Below, piece after piece: positions 62,365-64,000 of a stretch of DNA of 64,000 nucleotides. Position numbers and translations under genes: made by a program. Below the pieces are notes generated by a model. That model worked only from the letters and a program-made list of their open reading frames with translations. It ran no database searches and was not told where the DNA came from. Origin of the DNA: Candidatus Latescibacterota bacterium (lineage in GTDB: Bacteria > Latescibacterota > UBA2968 > UBA8231); assembly GCA_965248355.1 (NCBI GenBank), contig OZ252098.1:1184001-1248000 (forward strand), given 5' to 3'. Numbering within the stretch: position 1 is the stretch's first letter; each line of letters begins with the position of its first letter.

Positions 62365-63465
62365 GTGAGCGGAAGCCGCAAGATCATCCACATCGACATG
62401 GACGCGTTCTACGCCTCCGTGGAGCAACGCGACGATCCGAGGCTGCGGGGGCAGCCAGTCGTGGTCGGTGGAAGTCCGGAGGGCCGCGGTGTGGTCGCCG
62501 CGGCCTCCTACGAGGCCCGCGCCTTCGGTGTGCGCTCGGCCATGCCGATGCGCACGGCCCTGCGGCTGTGTCCCGGGGCGGTCCTCGTGAACCCGGACTT
62601 CGGCCGCTACCGGGAGGTCTCCCGGCACATCCGCGAGATCTTCCACGAGCACACCGATCTCGTGGAGCCGGTCTCCCTGGACGAAGCCTATCTGGACGTG
62701 ACCCACAACAAGCAGGGCATCCCTTTCGGCCACCGGGTGGCGCGCACGATCAAGGCCGACATTCGCGCCGGACTCAAGCTCACCGCCTCCGCCGGCGTCG
62801 CCCCCGGCAAGTTCGTGGCCAAGATCGCCTCCGACCTCGACAAGCCCGACGGGCTGGTCACCGTCATGCCGCACCAGGTACGGGGGTTTCTCCATCCCCT
62901 GCCGGTCGGCCGGATCCCGGGTGTCGGGAAGGTCACGCGACAGCGACTGGAAGCCCTGGGTTTCGAGACCATCGGGCAGCTCGCCGAGGCCGACCCTTCC
63001 CGGCTTGAGGCACGGTTCGGCAAGCGCGGCCGGTACCTTCACCAGAGGGCCCTGGGGATCGACGACGAACCGGTTACGACGGAGCGGGATCCGAAGCAAC
63101 TCAGCTCCGAGTCGACGTTCTCCGCCGATCTCTTCGACCCGGAGGAGATGCACGCAGCCCTGCGGGCTCTCACGGAGGAGGTCGCCGGCCGACTTCGTCG
63201 TCGCGGTCTCGCCGGGAGGACGGTGATGCTCAAGGTCCGCTACCCCGACTTCGAGACCGTGACCCGGGCGCAGACGGGTGGTATCTCGCTCGACCGGGCC
63301 GAGCCGATGCTGAGGATCGCCGTGGACCTGCTGCACCGCACAGATGCGGTGCGCAGGGGGGTCCGCCTCCTGGGAGTCGGCCTCTCCCACTTCGGCGGCC
63401 ACAGAGCCCCGGGAGCCTCGGGGCAGCTGGATCTGTTCGCCCCCGCGGAGTCCCCGGACCCCTGA
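62365..63465 (+). CDS. dinB: DNA polymerase IV
   Basis: GTG 62365; IHIDMDAFYASVE, SYEARAFGV.SAM, SLDEAYLD, AKIASD..KPDG, C-terminal clamp motif QLDLF. Confidence 0.96.
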   Translation: MSGSRKIIHIDMDAFYASVEQRDDPRLRGQPVVVGGSPEGRGVVAAASYEARAFGVRSAMPMRTALRLCPGAVLVNPDFGRYREVSRHIREIFHEHTDLVEPVSLDEAYLDVTHNKQGIPFGHRVARTIKADIRAGLKLTASAGVAPGKFVAKIASDLDKPDGLVTVMPHQVRGFLHPLPVGRIPGVGKVTRQRLEALGFETIGQLAEADPSRLEARFGKRGRYLHQRALGIDDEPVTTERDPKQLSSESTFSADLFDPEEMHAALRALTEEVAGRLRRRGLAGRTVMLKVRYPDFETVTRAQTGGISLDRAEPMLRIAVDLLHRTDAVRRGVRLLGVGLSHFGGHRAPGASGQLDLFAPAESPDP

Positions 63466-63475
63466 CCCCGGACGC

Positions 63476-63997
63476 CTACTCGTGGAGTGCCGGCTGGTAG
63501 AGACCGACGCTGTAGAACTCGTACGACGCCGCCTTGTCGGGGAAGTCGACGACGTGGACGGTGAATCTGGACGGCACGCCGGTGTGCGCCATGTGGTCTC
63601 GGAAGAAGCCGCTGTAGGCCTCGGCATATTCCTTGTACAAGCGCTGCTGCTCGGCCAGATAGCCTTCCGGATCGAGCCGGGGATCGGGCGCCTTCGGCTG
63701 TGAGGCGAAGGCGTGGACCTCGACGAAGTCGATCCTAGCGATCGAATCGCAGATCCCGGCTTGCCGCAGCCACTTCTCCCAGCACCGGAAGACCAGCTCC
63801 ACCTCGACCGCCGGCTGCATGGTGATCAGCTCGTCCCGCTCGAGTATGCCGCGGGCGGAGTGCCCCCCGGTTAGCCCGGCGAAGCAAATCTTCAGATCCC
63901 CTCCGCCGAGCTTCTCGGTCACGAGCGCCGAGAGCGTGGGGTGGTCTCCGCCGTAGTAGTAGGTGAGGCGTCCTCGTTCCTTGACGTTGAAGCTCAT
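63476..63997 (-). CDS. Divergent Rid (YjgF/YER057c/UK114)-like protein
   Basis: Pattern ICFAGLTG / LRQAG / AYSGFF / VPSRFTVHV..FP / YEF aligns by eye with Rid-family motifs (SGQ, LxxAG, YxxFF, PAR..V.V..LP, VEI); start at window edge uncertain. Confidence 0.55.
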   Translation of the reverse strand: MSFNVKERGRLTYYYGGDHPTLSALVTEKLGGGDLKICFAGLTGGHSARGILERDELITMQPAVEVELVFRCWEKWLRQAGICDSIARIDFVEVHAFASQPKAPDPRLDPEGYLAEQQRLYKEYAEAYSGFFRDHMAHTGVPSRFTVHVVDFPDKAASYEFYSVGLYQPALHE

Positions 63998-64000
63998 TGC

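Overview
GC-rich bacterial chromosome segment with no CRISPR array, rRNA, integrase or transposase seen. The right half (31.4-61.1 kb, minus strand) is the core transcription/translation supercluster: greA, tRNA-Gly/Thr, rpmG, tRNA-Trp, secE-nusG-rplKAJL-rpoBC, the str, S10, spc and alpha operons. rlmD follows it, and ygfZ-dinB plus a divergent Rid-like gene lie at the right end. This cluster has notable anomalies: rplC (L3) is missing from between rpsJ and rplD, RpoB has D516Q/S522D equivalents in the rifampicin pocket, and S12 has a K87Q equivalent. The left half holds a ~21 kb co-oriented cell-envelope cluster (5.8-26.9 kb, minus strand). In order it encodes a TPR/periplasmic-binding (LpoA/LppC-like) protein, an FmdB Zn-ribbon protein, a TPR lipoprotein, MoxR, DUF58, a GldA/F/G-like ABC system with an internally duplicated GldG, DUF4340, a Bat-associated protein, BatA-E, a MurG fused to a HEAT-like domain and a divergent MraY outside any dcw cluster. 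This is the best candidate for an undescribed system. Also present: a partial secreted S1/P1-nuclease-like gene, 1-Cys peroxiredoxin, a small HTH-ssb unit with a palindrome-covered promoter, a class V PLP enzyme, recG, a zinc-finger-less ClpX paralogue and a sigma54 activator with a degenerate receiver. All calls come from motif recognition by eye; no database searches were run.
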